Notes: generated by a model not told the origin, from the sequence alone. A stretch of DNA of 64,000 nt from Arcobacteraceae bacterium (GCA_965224485.1 CBDCZH010000015.1:480001-544000); one strand, 5' to 3'; shown: positions 1-11,188, numbered from the stretch's first letter. Translations and numbers: made by a program.

Positions 1-539
1 TCCTGCTTTTGCTTATCAATTAAAATCTCTTTTATACCTTTTATAAAATAATTACCATTTTGATATGTTTCTTCAATTATTACAGATATTGTTGTTTGAA
101 AAGACTCATCAACTTGTGTTTTTACATTTCCTTTAAAAGAACTGCTACTTCCTGTTTTAATACTAGCACCAAATAAAGGATTAACTCTATTTGCAATTCT
201 TTTTGTAACACCACCTAAAACATTACCATCCATTGGAGTTATCATTCCTCCACCTAAATTAGCATCATTTGCATTAGATGTTTCCCTTTTATTATTAGAA
301 TCAGAAGATAAAGACTCACTAATAATAACTTGAATAATATCTCCAATTTGCAAATCTTTTTTATCTGCAAATAAAGAAGCACCTTTTCGTGAATACAAAG
401 AGCCTTTATTATTCATAACAACTGGTTCAGGTCTTGGAATCTGCATTTTTGGTTTTTCAAAAGAAATTTTTGGCTCTTTAGTACAAGAGGCAAAAAACAA
501 AGATACTAGGATTAAAAAAACAAAATTTTTATTTATCAT
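1..539 (-). CDS. flgH: Flagellar L-ring lipoprotein FlgH (3' end runs off window)
   Basis: Not in ORF track. Manual translation from ATG at 539: MINKNFVFLILVSLFFASC (lipobox)...GSLYSRKGASLFADKKDLQIGDIIQVII...TISVIIEETYQNGNYFIKGIKEILID; flagellar context. Confidence 0.9.
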   Translation of the reverse strand, partial: MINKNFVFLILVSLFFASCTKEPKISFEKPKMQIPRPEPVVMNNKGSLYSRKGASLFADKKDLQIGDIIQVIISESLSSDSNNKRETSNANDANLGGGMITPMDGNVLGGVTKRIANRVNPLFGASIKTGSSSSFKGNVKTQVDESFQTTISVIIEETYQNGNYFIKGIKEILIDKQKQ

Positions 540-957
540 TATATTTATTCTCAACTATATATTTTAAATCAATAGCAATTTTTATATTTTTTAAAGATGT
601 TTTAACTAAAGCCATTGTTCCATATCTTACCATTAAAGGCTCAATATTTGTATTTATATCACAAGTTAATAAAACTTTTTTACCAATTACTTTAATATTA
701 TGAATATATTCCTGCCCTAATAAATCAACCGCAGTTTCAATTTCTTTATAAATAAACTTCTCTATTTTTCTAGATTTTTCTTTTTTTACTTTTAAAGCTT
801 CAATCTTTTTACTCTGGGCAATTCGCTTATTCTCTTCTTTTGTATACTCTTCACTCATATGAAAATAATATGCTGTAAACATAGCTAGTAAAGCCAAAAA
901 GGAAAGTATTTTAATTACTTTCCTTTTAGTATCATTTCTTTTTACAGCAATTATCAT
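529..957 (-). CDS. Hypothetical single-TM protein in flagellar operon
   Basis: 142 aa, N-terminal TM segment, tightly packed between fliL and flgH. Confidence 0.7.
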   Translation of the reverse strand: MIIAVKRNDTKRKVIKILSFLALLAMFTAYYFHMSEEYTKEENKRIAQSKKIEALKVKKEKSRKIEKFIYKEIETAVDLLGQEYIHNIKVIGKKVLLTCDINTNIEPLMVRYGTMALVKTSLKNIKIAIDLKYIVENKYNDK

Positions 958-961
958 ATTT

Positions 962-1498
962 CTACTTAATTACAAAAGATGTAAAAAATAATTTTTTAAT
1001 ATTATCTTTTTTAATATCTTCATTGCTTTGTGTAGCTTCATTAATAACTGAATTTATTTCATTTAATAATTCTTCTTTTAATAAAGCTTTTCCACCAACA
1101 GTTAATAACTCTTCTGAAGATCTTGCTGATATTTGTCCAATTACTACATCAATTATTTCAGCCTTATTCTCTTCAATTATTCCTTCAATCATCTCTTCTG
1201 TACTTTTAATAGTAAAAGATAACTTCATTAATTTTTCTCTACCCTTAGAATTAGTAATATTTAAAACTAAATCTTTTATCTCAGCTGGGTAAAGTACTTT
1301 TGAATCACCAGCACTTTGTTTTTCTACTTGCTTAGAGCTTTGTGATTCATTTTGACCACCACTTAAAACACCAGAAGTAACTAAATAGTATCCACCACCA
1401 ATAACAGCAACTAACAATATTACAACTAAAGCAATTAGAATAACCATTAGCCCCTTACCACCACCTGCTGGTTGTGTCGCTACACTTTCATCTGCCAT
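962..1498 (-). CDS. fliL: Flagellar basal body-associated protein FliL
   Basis: N-terminal TM; 'ELLTVGGKALLKEELLNEIN...KLFFTSFVIK' FliL C-terminal signature. Confidence 0.92.
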   Translation of the reverse strand: MADESVATQPAGGGKGLMVILIALVVILLVAVIGGGYYLVTSGVLSGGQNESQSSKQVEKQSAGDSKVLYPAEIKDLVLNITNSKGREKLMKLSFTIKSTEEMIEGIIEENKAEIIDVVIGQISARSSEELLTVGGKALLKEELLNEINSVINEATQSNEDIKKDNIKKLFFTSFVIK

Positions 1499-2005
1499 CT
1501 ATTTTTCCTTTAGTTCATTATTAATTTTAAAATTTTCCAACATCATTGTTAATTCAGAAGCATATCTTACATTTATAAATTTAAGTAAAGATGTAACATT
1601 CTTCTCTTTAAGTTTTAAGATTATATCAAAAACATCTTCAATCTTTCCCTCATCAATCATTTTATTAAAAATACTTGCTGCAATTTTTGCTTTCATAGAA
1701 TTATAAATTTTTGTAGTTTTACCTTGAACTGCACCTGTAATATCTTTTAAAACTGCTAGATTTTTATCATAAATCATCTTAGATTCTTTATTCTTTTTCT
1801 CTATTTTTAAAAGGATTACATTTAATTCTGCTTGTCTTTTTTGATACTCTTTTTCTTTTTTATTATAGAAGTTATTTAATTCCTTCTTTAACTCTTTTAT
1901 CTCTTTTTTCTCTTTAATAAACGATACGGCATCTACTTTCTCATCTTGTGCATACAATGGAACAAGTAATAAAATAAATAAAAAGCTTAAAAATATTTTC
2001 TTCAA
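1499..2005 (-). CDS. MotE-family flagellar protein
   Basis: Signal peptide, coiled coil, then 'KIYNSMKAKIAASIF...LKLKEKNVTSLL' MotE/MgtE_N-like helices; TTG start. Confidence 0.65.
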   Translation of the reverse strand: MKKIFLSFLFILLLVPLYAQDEKVDAVSFIKEKKEIKELKKELNNFYNKKEKEYQKRQAELNVILLKIEKKNKESKMIYDKNLAVLKDITGAVQGKTTKIYNSMKAKIAASIFNKMIDEGKIEDVFDIILKLKEKNVTSLLKFINVRYASELTMMLENFKINNELKEK

Positions 2006-2014
2006 TTTTTTCCT

Positions 2015-2419
2015 TTAACCTCTAATATATTTACTTTGCATATATTCACTTGAAGCTTCTTCTTCTGCTAAAAGCACTTTTTTCATTTTTTCTTTTTTCT
2101 CTTCTTCTAAGATATATGAAAACTGCTCACTCTCTTTTTGCAATTCAATTACTTTTTTTTGTAAATCTTCTCTTTGATATTCAAGATTAAATCTTTTTTG
2201 ATTCAAGTCTTTAATATATAATTTCATTGTATTCTTGTGAATTGTTAAAATAGCAAAATCTGATATTGCGCCGTGTTTATTTACACTTGCTATATTAATT
2301 TTATTTTGAGTAAACATAATTTCAGTATCTATTGAAGCTATTTTAGATTCTATATTAGCTTTTTGCATTAAAACTTGATCTGTTTGACTTTTTTTTAATT
2401 TATATAATTTTTCAATCAT
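2015..2419 (-). CDS. fliJ: Flagellar export protein FliJ-like
   Basis: 134 aa all coiled-coil, charged, next to fliQ. Confidence 0.6.
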   Translation of the reverse strand: MIEKLYKLKKSQTDQVLMQKANIESKIASIDTEIMFTQNKINIASVNKHGAISDFAILTIHKNTMKLYIKDLNQKRFNLEYQREDLQKKVIELQKESEQFSYILEEEKKEKMKKVLLAEEEASSEYMQSKYIRG

Positions 2420-2680
2420 TTATTTTCCAAAAGTTAACATAATATCCCATAATTCATGAGTATAAGATGTTACATGATCACCCATCCAAGGAAGAGAAAT
2501 AAGAATAAATACAGATACTAATACTACTTTTGGTACAAAAGATAAAGAAGCGTCAGAAACTTGTGTTACTGCTTGGAAAATAGAAATCATAAGACCTATT
2601 ACCATACTTACAAGTAAAGAGGGTAAGCCAAGTAATAAAATTAGTTTTACTGTATTTTGAGCAATTGCTAATAAATCCAT
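2420..2680 (-). CDS. fliQ: Flagellar export apparatus protein FliQ
   Basis: 'GLMISIFQAVTQVSDASLSFVPK' signature. Confidence 0.95.
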   Translation of the reverse strand: MDLLAIAQNTVKLILLLGLPSLLVSMVIGLMISIFQAVTQVSDASLSFVPKVVLVSVFILISLPWMGDHVTSYTHELWDIMLTFGK

Positions 2681-2682
2681 AA

Positions 2683-3561
2683 TTATTTAACTTTTACAGT
2701 TATCTCAAGTGTTTTATGCTGGGATAAGTGTTTTAATAATTGTGCTAAATCATCAGCATTATTTACATTAATATTTATAGGGCTATTAGATGTTGAAGAA
2801 AGAGCACTGTCATTACTATTTGTACTTGTAAGCGAATTAACATCTAAACTTAAAGCACTTAACATATCACTTTCATTTAAATCATCTATATTCATCTCTT
2901 CTCCTCTTATGTTTAATTCACTTATATTATTTGTTATATGCATATTATCATCTTTTTCATCAAGTTCTAATAAGATGTTTTCAAGTTTATTTTCTTTTTT
3001 CTCACTAAAATCAGGACTTTCTTCTTCATTAAAATCAAAACTTTCATCTTCAAGGGAAGGCGATTTAGAAAGTAGTGAGCTTAAATCATCATCTAATTCA
3101 AGATAATTTTCATCTTCTTCATCAATTTTTATTTCATCTTCATTATAAGCTTCTTCAACAATATTGATAATTGAGCTTTGAATTTCATCTCTTTCTTCAA
3201 AGTCATCAATAGTTTCTTCACTTTTTTCTTCAAATTTTGATATTAAATATTTTTTTAAACCATCTAAAGAGTCGACATTTAAATCGCCAATTCCATTCTC
3301 TTTTAAAAATTCTTTATTTATTGCATCTTTTGGTTTTAAAAATTTAAGATTTTTATTTAGTAGATTATTTGTATATATTTTGGCTTCATCAATTAAAAAT
3401 ATATCATCAGGAGTATTTAAAATTGTTTCTTTTAATTCATTTAAGGTTTTAAGTTCATAAATTGCATCATCATCGCTCATTCTAAATTTTAAATTAGAGC
3501 GTTTTATCAATTCATTAATTTCTTTTTTAAAGTCTTTATTTCCATATATGTAAATATTCAA
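2683..3561 (-). CDS. Highly acidic hypothetical protein heading the flagellar operon
   Basis: 292 aa, D/E-rich central region, 2 bp upstream of fliQ. Confidence 0.7.
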   Translation of the reverse strand: MNIYIYGNKDFKKEINELIKRSNLKFRMSDDDAIYELKTLNELKETILNTPDDIFLIDEAKIYTNNLLNKNLKFLKPKDAINKEFLKENGIGDLNVDSLDGLKKYLISKFEEKSEETIDDFEERDEIQSSIINIVEEAYNEDEIKIDEEDENYLELDDDLSSLLSKSPSLEDESFDFNEEESPDFSEKKENKLENILLELDEKDDNMHITNNISELNIRGEEMNIDDLNESDMLSALSLDVNSLTSTNSNDSALSSTSNSPININVNNADDLAQLLKHLSQHKTLEITVKVK

Positions 3562-3631
3562 AGAATTCCCTAAATCAAATTTACACGATTATAACTTCTT
3601 TTTATAAAATTTTAGATAAAATATTTTAAAC

Positions 3632-4699
3632 ATGAAGAAAAGGTCTATATTGAGGGTTATACTACTATTATTTATTTTTCTTACTAGTATTTGGGCACAA
3701 AAAATTAAAGATATTTCAAACGTGGTTGGAATAAGAGACAATCAACTAATTGGTTATGGTTTGGTTGTTGGTCTTGCAGGTACGGGTGATAAGTCAAAAT
3801 TTACAATGCAGAGTTTACAAAACTTACTTAGAAATTCATATATAAAAATACCAAGTTCTTCAATTTCTTCAAAGAATATTGCAGCTGTTATGGTAACAGC
3901 AAAATTACCTCCTTTTTCAAAACAAGGGGATAAAGTTAGAATTAAAGTTTCTGCTATTGGAGATTCTAAATCTATTGATAATGGAGAATTATTAATAACC
4001 CAGTTAAAGGGTGTTGATGGTAAAGTTTATGCTCTTGGTCAAGGTAGTATTATTGCAAATAATATAAACCTTACAACAGGCTATATTTATGAAGGGGCTA
4101 CAATTGAAAAAGAAGTTGATTATTCTTTAAAAAACGAAAAATCAATTACTCTCTCACTTTTTAGGAATTCTGCAACACATGCAGATATTATAGAAACAAA
4201 AATAAATAAAAAATTTGGTAAAAATCTTGCTACTGCTGTTGATACAAGAACAATTGATGTAAAGAAACCAGATTCTATTTCAATAGTTAAGTTTATTGCC
4301 ATAATTGAAAATATCAACTTAGATACAAGTTTTAAAAAGAAAATTATAATTGATATTAATAAAGAAATGATAATTGCAGGAGCAAATATAATAATTGATC
4401 CTGTAACCGTTTCAAGAAATAACTTCACTATTAGAATAAAACAAATGCCTATGAGCAAAAAACTTTGGAAAGATGAATTACAAAATAAAGGTTTAGATAT
4501 AGGGGATGAAGTAAAAATTGCTGATAAAGCGGTGGTTGAGATTGATAATGCAATGATAAATACAAGATCGCTTCCTACTATTTCAGATTTAGTTAGAGCT
4601 ATGAAAGTTATGAAACTTCCAATTTCTGATATAATAGAAACCATTAAAATGATCAAAGACTTAGGTGCAATTGATGTTGATATAGAGATAAGAGGATAA
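3632..4699 (+). CDS. flgI: Flagellar P-ring protein FlgI
   Basis: 'IKDISNVVGIRDNQLIGYGLVVGLAGTGD', 'KNIAAVMVTAKLPPF'. Confidence 0.97.
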   Translation: MKKRSILRVILLLFIFLTSIWAQKIKDISNVVGIRDNQLIGYGLVVGLAGTGDKSKFTMQSLQNLLRNSYIKIPSSSISSKNIAAVMVTAKLPPFSKQGDKVRIKVSAIGDSKSIDNGELLITQLKGVDGKVYALGQGSIIANNINLTTGYIYEGATIEKEVDYSLKNEKSITLSLFRNSATHADIIETKINKKFGKNLATAVDTRTIDVKKPDSISIVKFIAIIENINLDTSFKKKIIIDINKEMIIAGANIIIDPVTVSRNNFTIRIKQMPMSKKLWKDELQNKGLDIGDEVKIADKAVVEIDNAMINTRSLPTISDLVRAMKVMKLPISDIIETIKMIKDLGAIDVDIEIRG

Positions 4700-4700
4700 A

Positions 4701-5798
4701 ATGGCAGAATTTTTAAGTCAAGATGAGATTGATGCACTATTAGACATTGCTGAACAAGGTGATGATATTGATATTCCTGATGATGAACAGATAATATCAA
4801 AAGAAAAAAACTACTCGATTTATGATTTTAAAAAACCAAATAGAATTTCAAATGAACAATTTAAGGCTTTCCAAACCTTACATGATAAAATGCTAAGAGA
4901 TTTAATTACAGACCTCTCAGCAATGTTACGTAAAATTGTAGATATTAAACTATACTCTATTGAGCAAATGACTTATGGGGAGTTTATACTTTCAATTCCT
5001 CAATTAACTTCTTTAAATACCTTATCAATAAAACCTCTTGAAGGAAGAATAGTAATTGAGTGTAATCCTGCTATTTCACATAAAATTATTGCTGAACTTT
5101 TAGGTTCTGGAGCAGTTGCAGCTAGTGATAACTTAGATAGAGAATTAACTGAAATTGAAGTTGAGATTTTTGATCACTTCTATCAAATGTTAGTAGAACA
5201 TATGTTTAAAGCTTGGGATGAAATTTCAACACTAAATTTTAAAATTGTTTCAAGAGATACAAATGCAAATGCAATTCAAATTATTTCTGATCATGAAATT
5301 GTTCTTTTAGTTGTTTTAGAAATAACAATTGATGAAGAATCTGGTTTCTTATCTATTTGTTATCCAATTTCATATATTGAAACTTTATTAACAAAAATAG
5401 TTGAAAAAATGTTTGCAGAAAGTAAGAATAAAAAAGTAACTAGAAAAAAAGATATCACAACATTATTATCAGGTGCAAGAATGTATATTGATGCAATCAT
5501 GGCTGAAACTGAGCTTAGTGTGGCTGAAATTCTAGATTTAAAGCTAGATGATATTATTGTTTTTAACAAAAATGCAACTTCATCTTCTTCTAAAATATAT
5601 ATTAATAATAAAGAGAAATTCTTAGGAGTTTCTGGACTTTCTAACAATAGAAAAGCTATTCAAATACAAGCTAACTTAGATCATGAAAAAATGGAAACAT
5701 TAGAAAACTTAAGACTTATGAGAGAAGATAGAGATAATAAATCAAAAGTAGCTAGTGATTCTATTAAAAAATTATTAAGCGAGAAAGATACGTTTTAA
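4701..5798 (+). CDS. fliM: Flagellar motor switch protein FliM
   Basis: 'LSQDEIDALL' CheY-binding peptide, 'YDFKKPNRIS'. Confidence 0.97.
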   Translation: MAEFLSQDEIDALLDIAEQGDDIDIPDDEQIISKEKNYSIYDFKKPNRISNEQFKAFQTLHDKMLRDLITDLSAMLRKIVDIKLYSIEQMTYGEFILSIPQLTSLNTLSIKPLEGRIVIECNPAISHKIIAELLGSGAVAASDNLDRELTEIEVEIFDHFYQMLVEHMFKAWDEISTLNFKIVSRDTNANAIQIISDHEIVLLVVLEITIDEESGFLSICYPISYIETLLTKIVEKMFAESKNKKVTRKKDITTLLSGARMYIDAIMAETELSVAEILDLKLDDIIVFNKNATSSSSKIYINNKEKFLGVSGLSNNRKAIQIQANLDHEKMETLENLRLMREDRDNKSKVASDSIKKLLSEKDTF

Positions 5799-5812
5799 AA
5801 CGTACCTTTTTT
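5784..5812. terminator. Possible bidirectional hairpin between convergent fliM and pyrC
   Basis: TACGTTTTAAAACGTA palindrome (5789-5804) flanked by AAAG/CTTT and a T run. Confidence 0.4.
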
Positions 5813-6835
5813 AATTTATTTCTTTTATACTCCAAGATATAGTCTCATTTGCATACATCGGAACTACATTTTCATTTAAGTATTCATATGATGCAGGTAC
5901 ACAATAATCTTCTTTAACTAAGATTACTTTTTTACTACAGGCATTAAAATTATAAATTCTTTGAGCATTTAAACTTACAAATTTTTCTAAATTATGCAAA
6001 ACATTGTTTTTCTCAAAAAGTTGCGCTAATACTTGTAAGGCTATTGGTGAAGTAAAAACACCAGCAGCACAGCCACAGCACTCTTTTTTATGCTTAGGAT
6101 GGGGAGCTGAATCTGAACCAAACATTACTCTAGAATGAGCATTTAGAGCTAAATTTAGTAAAGCAGCTTTATCTTCTGGTCTTTTAGCAATTGGTTTACA
6201 AAATAGATGGGGTTGCATCATGCCGCCTACTACATCATCTAAAGTTATAAGCAAATGATGTAGTGTGATTGTTGCATGAAGGTTTTCATACCTTTCAAGT
6301 AAGAGAGCTGCTGCTTTAGTTGTAATATGCTCCATAATTATTGTTAATTTTGGAAATGCTTTTGCAATAGCTTCATATATTGGCATAAACTCAGCCTCCC
6401 TATCCATTACAAAACCTTTTGTCTCACCATGAATACATAAAGGAATTCCTAAGGTGCTCATAGATTCAAGAGTTGGTCTTAGAACTTCCACATCCATAGA
6501 AGAAACTCCTGTTTGTGAATTCGTAGTAATTCCAGCAGGATAAAGCTTAATTCCAATAATTTCATCTTTAATATCTTCTAAAAATTCATAAGTATAATCA
6601 TTTTTAAAAAATAGAGTTACAAAAGGTTCAAAATTTTCATATTTTTTTGCTTCGTTAATTCTTTTTTTATAAGATATTAGTGCCTCTTTTGTAGTAATTG
6701 GAGGAACTAGATTTGGCATAATTAAAGCTCCTGCAAAAGTTTTTGCACTTAAGGGAGCTACTAGTTTTAACATATCCTCATCACGTAAATGAAGATGCAT
6801 ATCTAAAGGAGAGTTAAGAGTTAGTTCTTTACTCA

Positions 6836-6836
<1 letters not shown>
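5811..6836 (-). CDS. pyrC: Dihydroorotase (type II)
   Basis: 'DMHLHLRD', 'IMPNLVPP', 'KLYPAGITTNS', 'GSDSAPH'; GTG start overlaps the P-II gene stop. Confidence 0.97.
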
Positions 6837-7234
<398 letters not shown>

Positions 7235-7271
7235 TTATAAATATCGTTATACTCTCTTTTTTTTATACATT

Positions 7272-8459
7272 CTAAAACGCGCGTTTGAACTCAGGATAAG
7301 CTTCTAATCCACACTCTTCTACATCTAAACCTTGCAGTTCTTCATCATTATGTGCTCTTAAAGGCATAAATTTATTAATACAATATAAAATAATATAGGA
7401 ACTAGTAAATGCAAAAACTGCAATTAAACAAACACCTTTTAACTGTCCTAAAAAACTTATATCACTTCCGTTTGAAGCAAAAATTCCAACTGCTAAAGTA
7501 CCCCAAATACCGTTTAATAAGTGAACTGACAAGGCTCCAACAGGATCATCAAGTTTTAATTTATCAAAAAAACTTACTCCAAAAACAACAATAGCTCCAC
7601 CAATTGCTCCTATTAAAATTGGAGTATAAATACCATATAAATTAGCTCCAGCGGTAATAGAGACTAAGCCACCTAAAGCACCATTTAAAACCATAGTAAT
7701 ATCAAGTTTTTTATATTTAAAATACATAAAAGCACCAACGCAAATTGCACCTGCTAAACCCGCTGTATTTGTATTTAGTATGGTTAAAGCAACAGCATCA
7801 ACACTTTCTTTTGAAGAAATACTTCCAATACTTCCTCCATTAAATCCAAACCAACCAATCCATAATAAAAATGCACCTAAGGTAACTAAGGGAATATTTG
7901 AAGCTGGAATTACTCTAATTCCACCTGTTTTAGGATATCTTCCTCTTCTTGCACCAATTATTAAAATTGCTGCTAATAAGGCCCACCCTCCTGTTGAGTG
8001 AATAACAGTAGAACCAGCTAAATCATACATATTTAAATCTAAAATAGTATCTTTTAAAATATTCATACCCCAGGTAATATTTACAATAAAAGGATAAATA
8101 AATGAAGCCATGATAATAGTAAACAAAGCAAGAGGCATTACTTTAGCTCGCTCTGAAACACCACCACTCATTATATTTATTACTTTTCCAACAAAAGCCA
8201 TTTGAAACAAAAAGACAGCATATTTACTCATACTCTCACTTCCTAAAGGACCAAATGCAATGGTATACCCAATAAGTAAAAAACTCAAAGAGGCTAAGGC
8301 ATAAATCATTGTATTTATCATTAAAACTGAAGATACATTTTTTGTTCGTACAATTCCAGCTTCTAACATCGCAAAACCAGGAACCATGAAAATAATTAAA
8401 GTCATAGAAAAAATTGCAAAAAAAGTATCTAAGATATAAGGTATTGAGTTTAAGTCCAT
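7272..8459 (-). CDS. amtB: Ammonium transporter (Amt family), divergent copy
   Basis: 'DLAGSTVIHSTGG', 'GWFGFNGGS', 'DDPVGALSVH'. Confidence 0.93.
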   Translation of the reverse strand: MDLNSIPYILDTFFAIFSMTLIIFMVPGFAMLEAGIVRTKNVSSVLMINTMIYALASLSFLLIGYTIAFGPLGSESMSKYAVFLFQMAFVGKVINIMSGGVSERAKVMPLALFTIIMASFIYPFIVNITWGMNILKDTILDLNMYDLAGSTVIHSTGGWALLAAILIIGARRGRYPKTGGIRVIPASNIPLVTLGAFLLWIGWFGFNGGSIGSISSKESVDAVALTILNTNTAGLAGAICVGAFMYFKYKKLDITMVLNGALGGLVSITAGANLYGIYTPILIGAIGGAIVVFGVSFFDKLKLDDPVGALSVHLLNGIWGTLAVGIFASNGSDISFLGQLKGVCLIAVFAFTSSYIILYCINKFMPLRAHNDEELQGLDVEECGLEAYPEFKRAF

Positions 8460-8514
8460 AAGAGTCCTTTAAAATAGTAAAAAAGTATATACTAAATCAA
8501 AGTTTTTTAAGAAA

Positions 8515-8543
8515 AGAAGATGTATAGAAAGTATACATCTTCT
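8515..8543. promoter_or_regulatory. TGTATA-N5-TATACA box (8521-8537) within a 12-bp-arm inverted repeat
   Basis: AGAAGATGTATA gaaag TATACATCTTCT; 32 bp from minus-strand TATACT (8489-8484). Confidence 0.75.
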
Positions 8544-8588
8544 AGCCTTTGTTTATTTATTTAAGTTTTTTGTGATACTTAAGCTTGC

Positions 8589-8930
<342 letters not shown>

Positions 8931-8936
8931 TTACTC

Positions 8937-10151
8937 CTATGCTCTTTTAAATTCTGGATAACACTCTAGTCCAGTTTCATGAATATCTAAACCTTCAATC
9001 TCAACTTCTTGTGATACTCTAAGTCCAACAAGTAAGTCTAAAACTTTCCATACTATATAAGAAGAGGTAAATACAAAAGCGCCAACTATAACAATACCTT
9101 TAGCCTGTGCCCAAATTGTAACTTCAGGATTAAAAATTCCAACAGCTAATGTTCCCCAAATGCCAGCAACTAAATGCACAGATAAAGCTCCAACGGGATC
9201 ATCAATTTTTAACTTATCCCATAAAGGAACACTTAATACTACTAAAGCTCCACCTACAAGGCCTTCAACAAAAGAAACTAACATTCCTAAATCAGGACCA
9301 GCGGTTACTGAAACTAAACCAGCTAATGCACCATTTAAAACAAAAGTTAAATCAACTTTTTTATATATTATTTGCGTTAAAACAGCTGCCATAATTGCAC
9401 CAGCACAAGCTGCCATATTAGTATCAGCAATTACTAAAGCAATTGCATCTATATCTGCCTTAGAACCCATTGCTAATTGTGAACCGCCATTAAATCCAAA
9501 CCAACCCATCCATAAAATAAATGTTCCAAGAGTTGCTAAAGTAAGATTTGAACCAGGAATTGGTCTAACTTGTCCATTTTTACCATATTTCCCATATCTA
9601 CTTCCAAGTACTAAAACACCTGCTAATGCTGCCCAACCACCAACACTGTGAACAATAGTAGAACCTGCAAAGTCAGAAAAACCTTCAATAATTCCACCTA
9701 AATTACTTCCACCCCAAGTCCAATGACCAGCAATTGGATAAATAAAACCTGATAAAGCAATAACAAATATTAAAAATGGCCATAATTTCATTCTCTCAGC
9801 AATAGTTCCTGATATAACAGAAGCAGCTGTTGCTACAAATACAACTTGAAAGAAAAAATCAGCCATTACTGGATATCCCATTTCTTCATTTGTTTTTCCA
9901 CTTAACATAGAACCACTTCCTATAAAAGCATTTCCATCACCATACATAAAGTTATAACCTATAAAATAAAACATAATACAAGAAATAGCAAATAAAGCCA
10001 TATTTTTTGTTAATACAGTTGCATTGTTTTTACTTCTAGTTAACCCAGCTTCAAGCATTGCAAAACCTGCAGCCATCCACATTACTAAAATTCCTGCAAA
10101 AATAAGAAGGAATCCATCTAAGATATATTTTACATCAGCAAAATTTTCCAT
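8937..10151 (-). CDS. amtB: Ammonium transporter AmtB
   Basis: 'DFAGSTIVHSVGG', 'GWFGFNGGS', 'DDPVGALSVH' twin-His motifs. Confidence 0.96.
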   Translation of the reverse strand: MENFADVKYILDGFLLIFAGILVMWMAAGFAMLEAGLTRSKNNATVLTKNMALFAISCIMFYFIGYNFMYGDGNAFIGSGSMLSGKTNEEMGYPVMADFFFQVVFVATAASVISGTIAERMKLWPFLIFVIALSGFIYPIAGHWTWGGSNLGGIIEGFSDFAGSTIVHSVGGWAALAGVLVLGSRYGKYGKNGQVRPIPGSNLTLATLGTFILWMGWFGFNGGSQLAMGSKADIDAIALVIADTNMAACAGAIMAAVLTQIIYKKVDLTFVLNGALAGLVSVTAGPDLGMLVSFVEGLVGGALVVLSVPLWDKLKIDDPVGALSVHLVAGIWGTLAVGIFNPEVTIWAQAKGIVIVGAFVFTSSYIVWKVLDLLVGLRVSQEVEIEGLDIHETGLECYPEFKRA

Positions 10152-10217
10152 TTTAATCCTTTAAAAATTAATATAGAAAAGTATAAGATAAAAAATAAAC
10201 ATATGATATATGTATAT

Positions 10218-10234
10218 TGTATATTTAATATACA
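10218..10234. promoter_or_regulatory. TGTATA-N5-TATACA box shared by divergent promoters
   Basis: TGTATAtttaaTATACA; 33 bp from minus-strand TATACT (10185-10180) and 31 bp from plus-strand TATAAT (10265-10270). Confidence 0.75.
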
Positions 10235-10289
10235 GATAAACACTCATTTTATTTTTTCTAATCATATAATGTACTTATAAAGGATATTT

Positions 10290-11168
10290 ATGGAAGAGTT
10301 TTTACTTATTTATACTAAAAATAAAGTAACAATTGAGAATTTCATTCAAGAAAGTATTTCAAATATTTCACAATTAACAAAACACGAAAAATCAAAATTT
10401 AAAACCTTATTTAATATATTTCCTTCTTTAGAGTTAATATATATAATACATACAGAGTCTAAAGTACAGGTTTCTCCTAATTATCACAGATATTCACAAG
10501 ATAATAAACAAAAAAACATTTGTAGAGAATATTTATTTAAAAAGCTTTATTTTAAAGAAAATAATTTTGCTTTTTCTAATATTTATATTAGTAGTGCTAC
10601 TAAAAATAATTGTCTTACTGTATCAATCAAAGAGGGAGATAAAATTATATTTTTAGATTTTAAGTTAGAATCACTCTTAGAGAGATTGCATTTAATTGAA
10701 CTTAATAAACCTTTTCATACCTTAACAAAAACTTTTTATGTATTATCAGGTTTTTCTATGGTTTTATTATCATTATCTATAGTAATTTATTCTCTTGTAT
10801 CTTTTTTTAATTCTTTGCTAATATCAAATAGTTTTAATTTAGATTCTATTTTTAAACCAGTAATTGCCTTAACCTTGGGTATTGCAATATTTGATTTAGC
10901 AAAAACTATTCTAGAACAAGAAGTCTTTTTTAAATCTTATTCAAGAAACTCAAGAGTTGAAACAAAAATGATTACAAAATTCTTAATTACAATTATTATA
11001 GCATTATCAATTGAAGCTCTAATGGTAGTATTTAAAATTGTAATGGAGGATTATGACAAAATGATTAATGCCTTTTATTTAATTTCAGCCATATCTTTTA
11101 TTATTATAGCTTTATCAATTTTTATATACTTAACTTCCAAAAACGATAAACAGCAAAAGATTCACTAA
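10290..11168 (+). CDS. Membrane protein with N-terminal PDC/Cache-like soluble domain and C-terminal four-TM (PsiE-like) domain
   Basis: 'SNIYISSATKNNCLTVS' Cache-like strand; four hydrophobic segments with 'AIFDLAKTILEQE', 'IALSIEALMVVFK'. Confidence 0.6.
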   Translation: MEEFLLIYTKNKVTIENFIQESISNISQLTKHEKSKFKTLFNIFPSLELIYIIHTESKVQVSPNYHRYSQDNKQKNICREYLFKKLYFKENNFAFSNIYISSATKNNCLTVSIKEGDKIIFLDFKLESLLERLHLIELNKPFHTLTKTFYVLSGFSMVLLSLSIVIYSLVSFFNSLLISNSFNLDSIFKPVIALTLGIAIFDLAKTILEQEVFFKSYSRNSRVETKMITKFLITIIIALSIEALMVVFKIVMEDYDKMINAFYLISAISFIIIALSIFIYLTSKNDKQQKIH

Positions 11169-11188
11169 TTAAAAATTTAAAAGCATAT

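Noticed and set aside
7240..7271. TATACA just past the second amt gene, upstream of glnB
   Set aside because: No matching TGTATA at the right spacing
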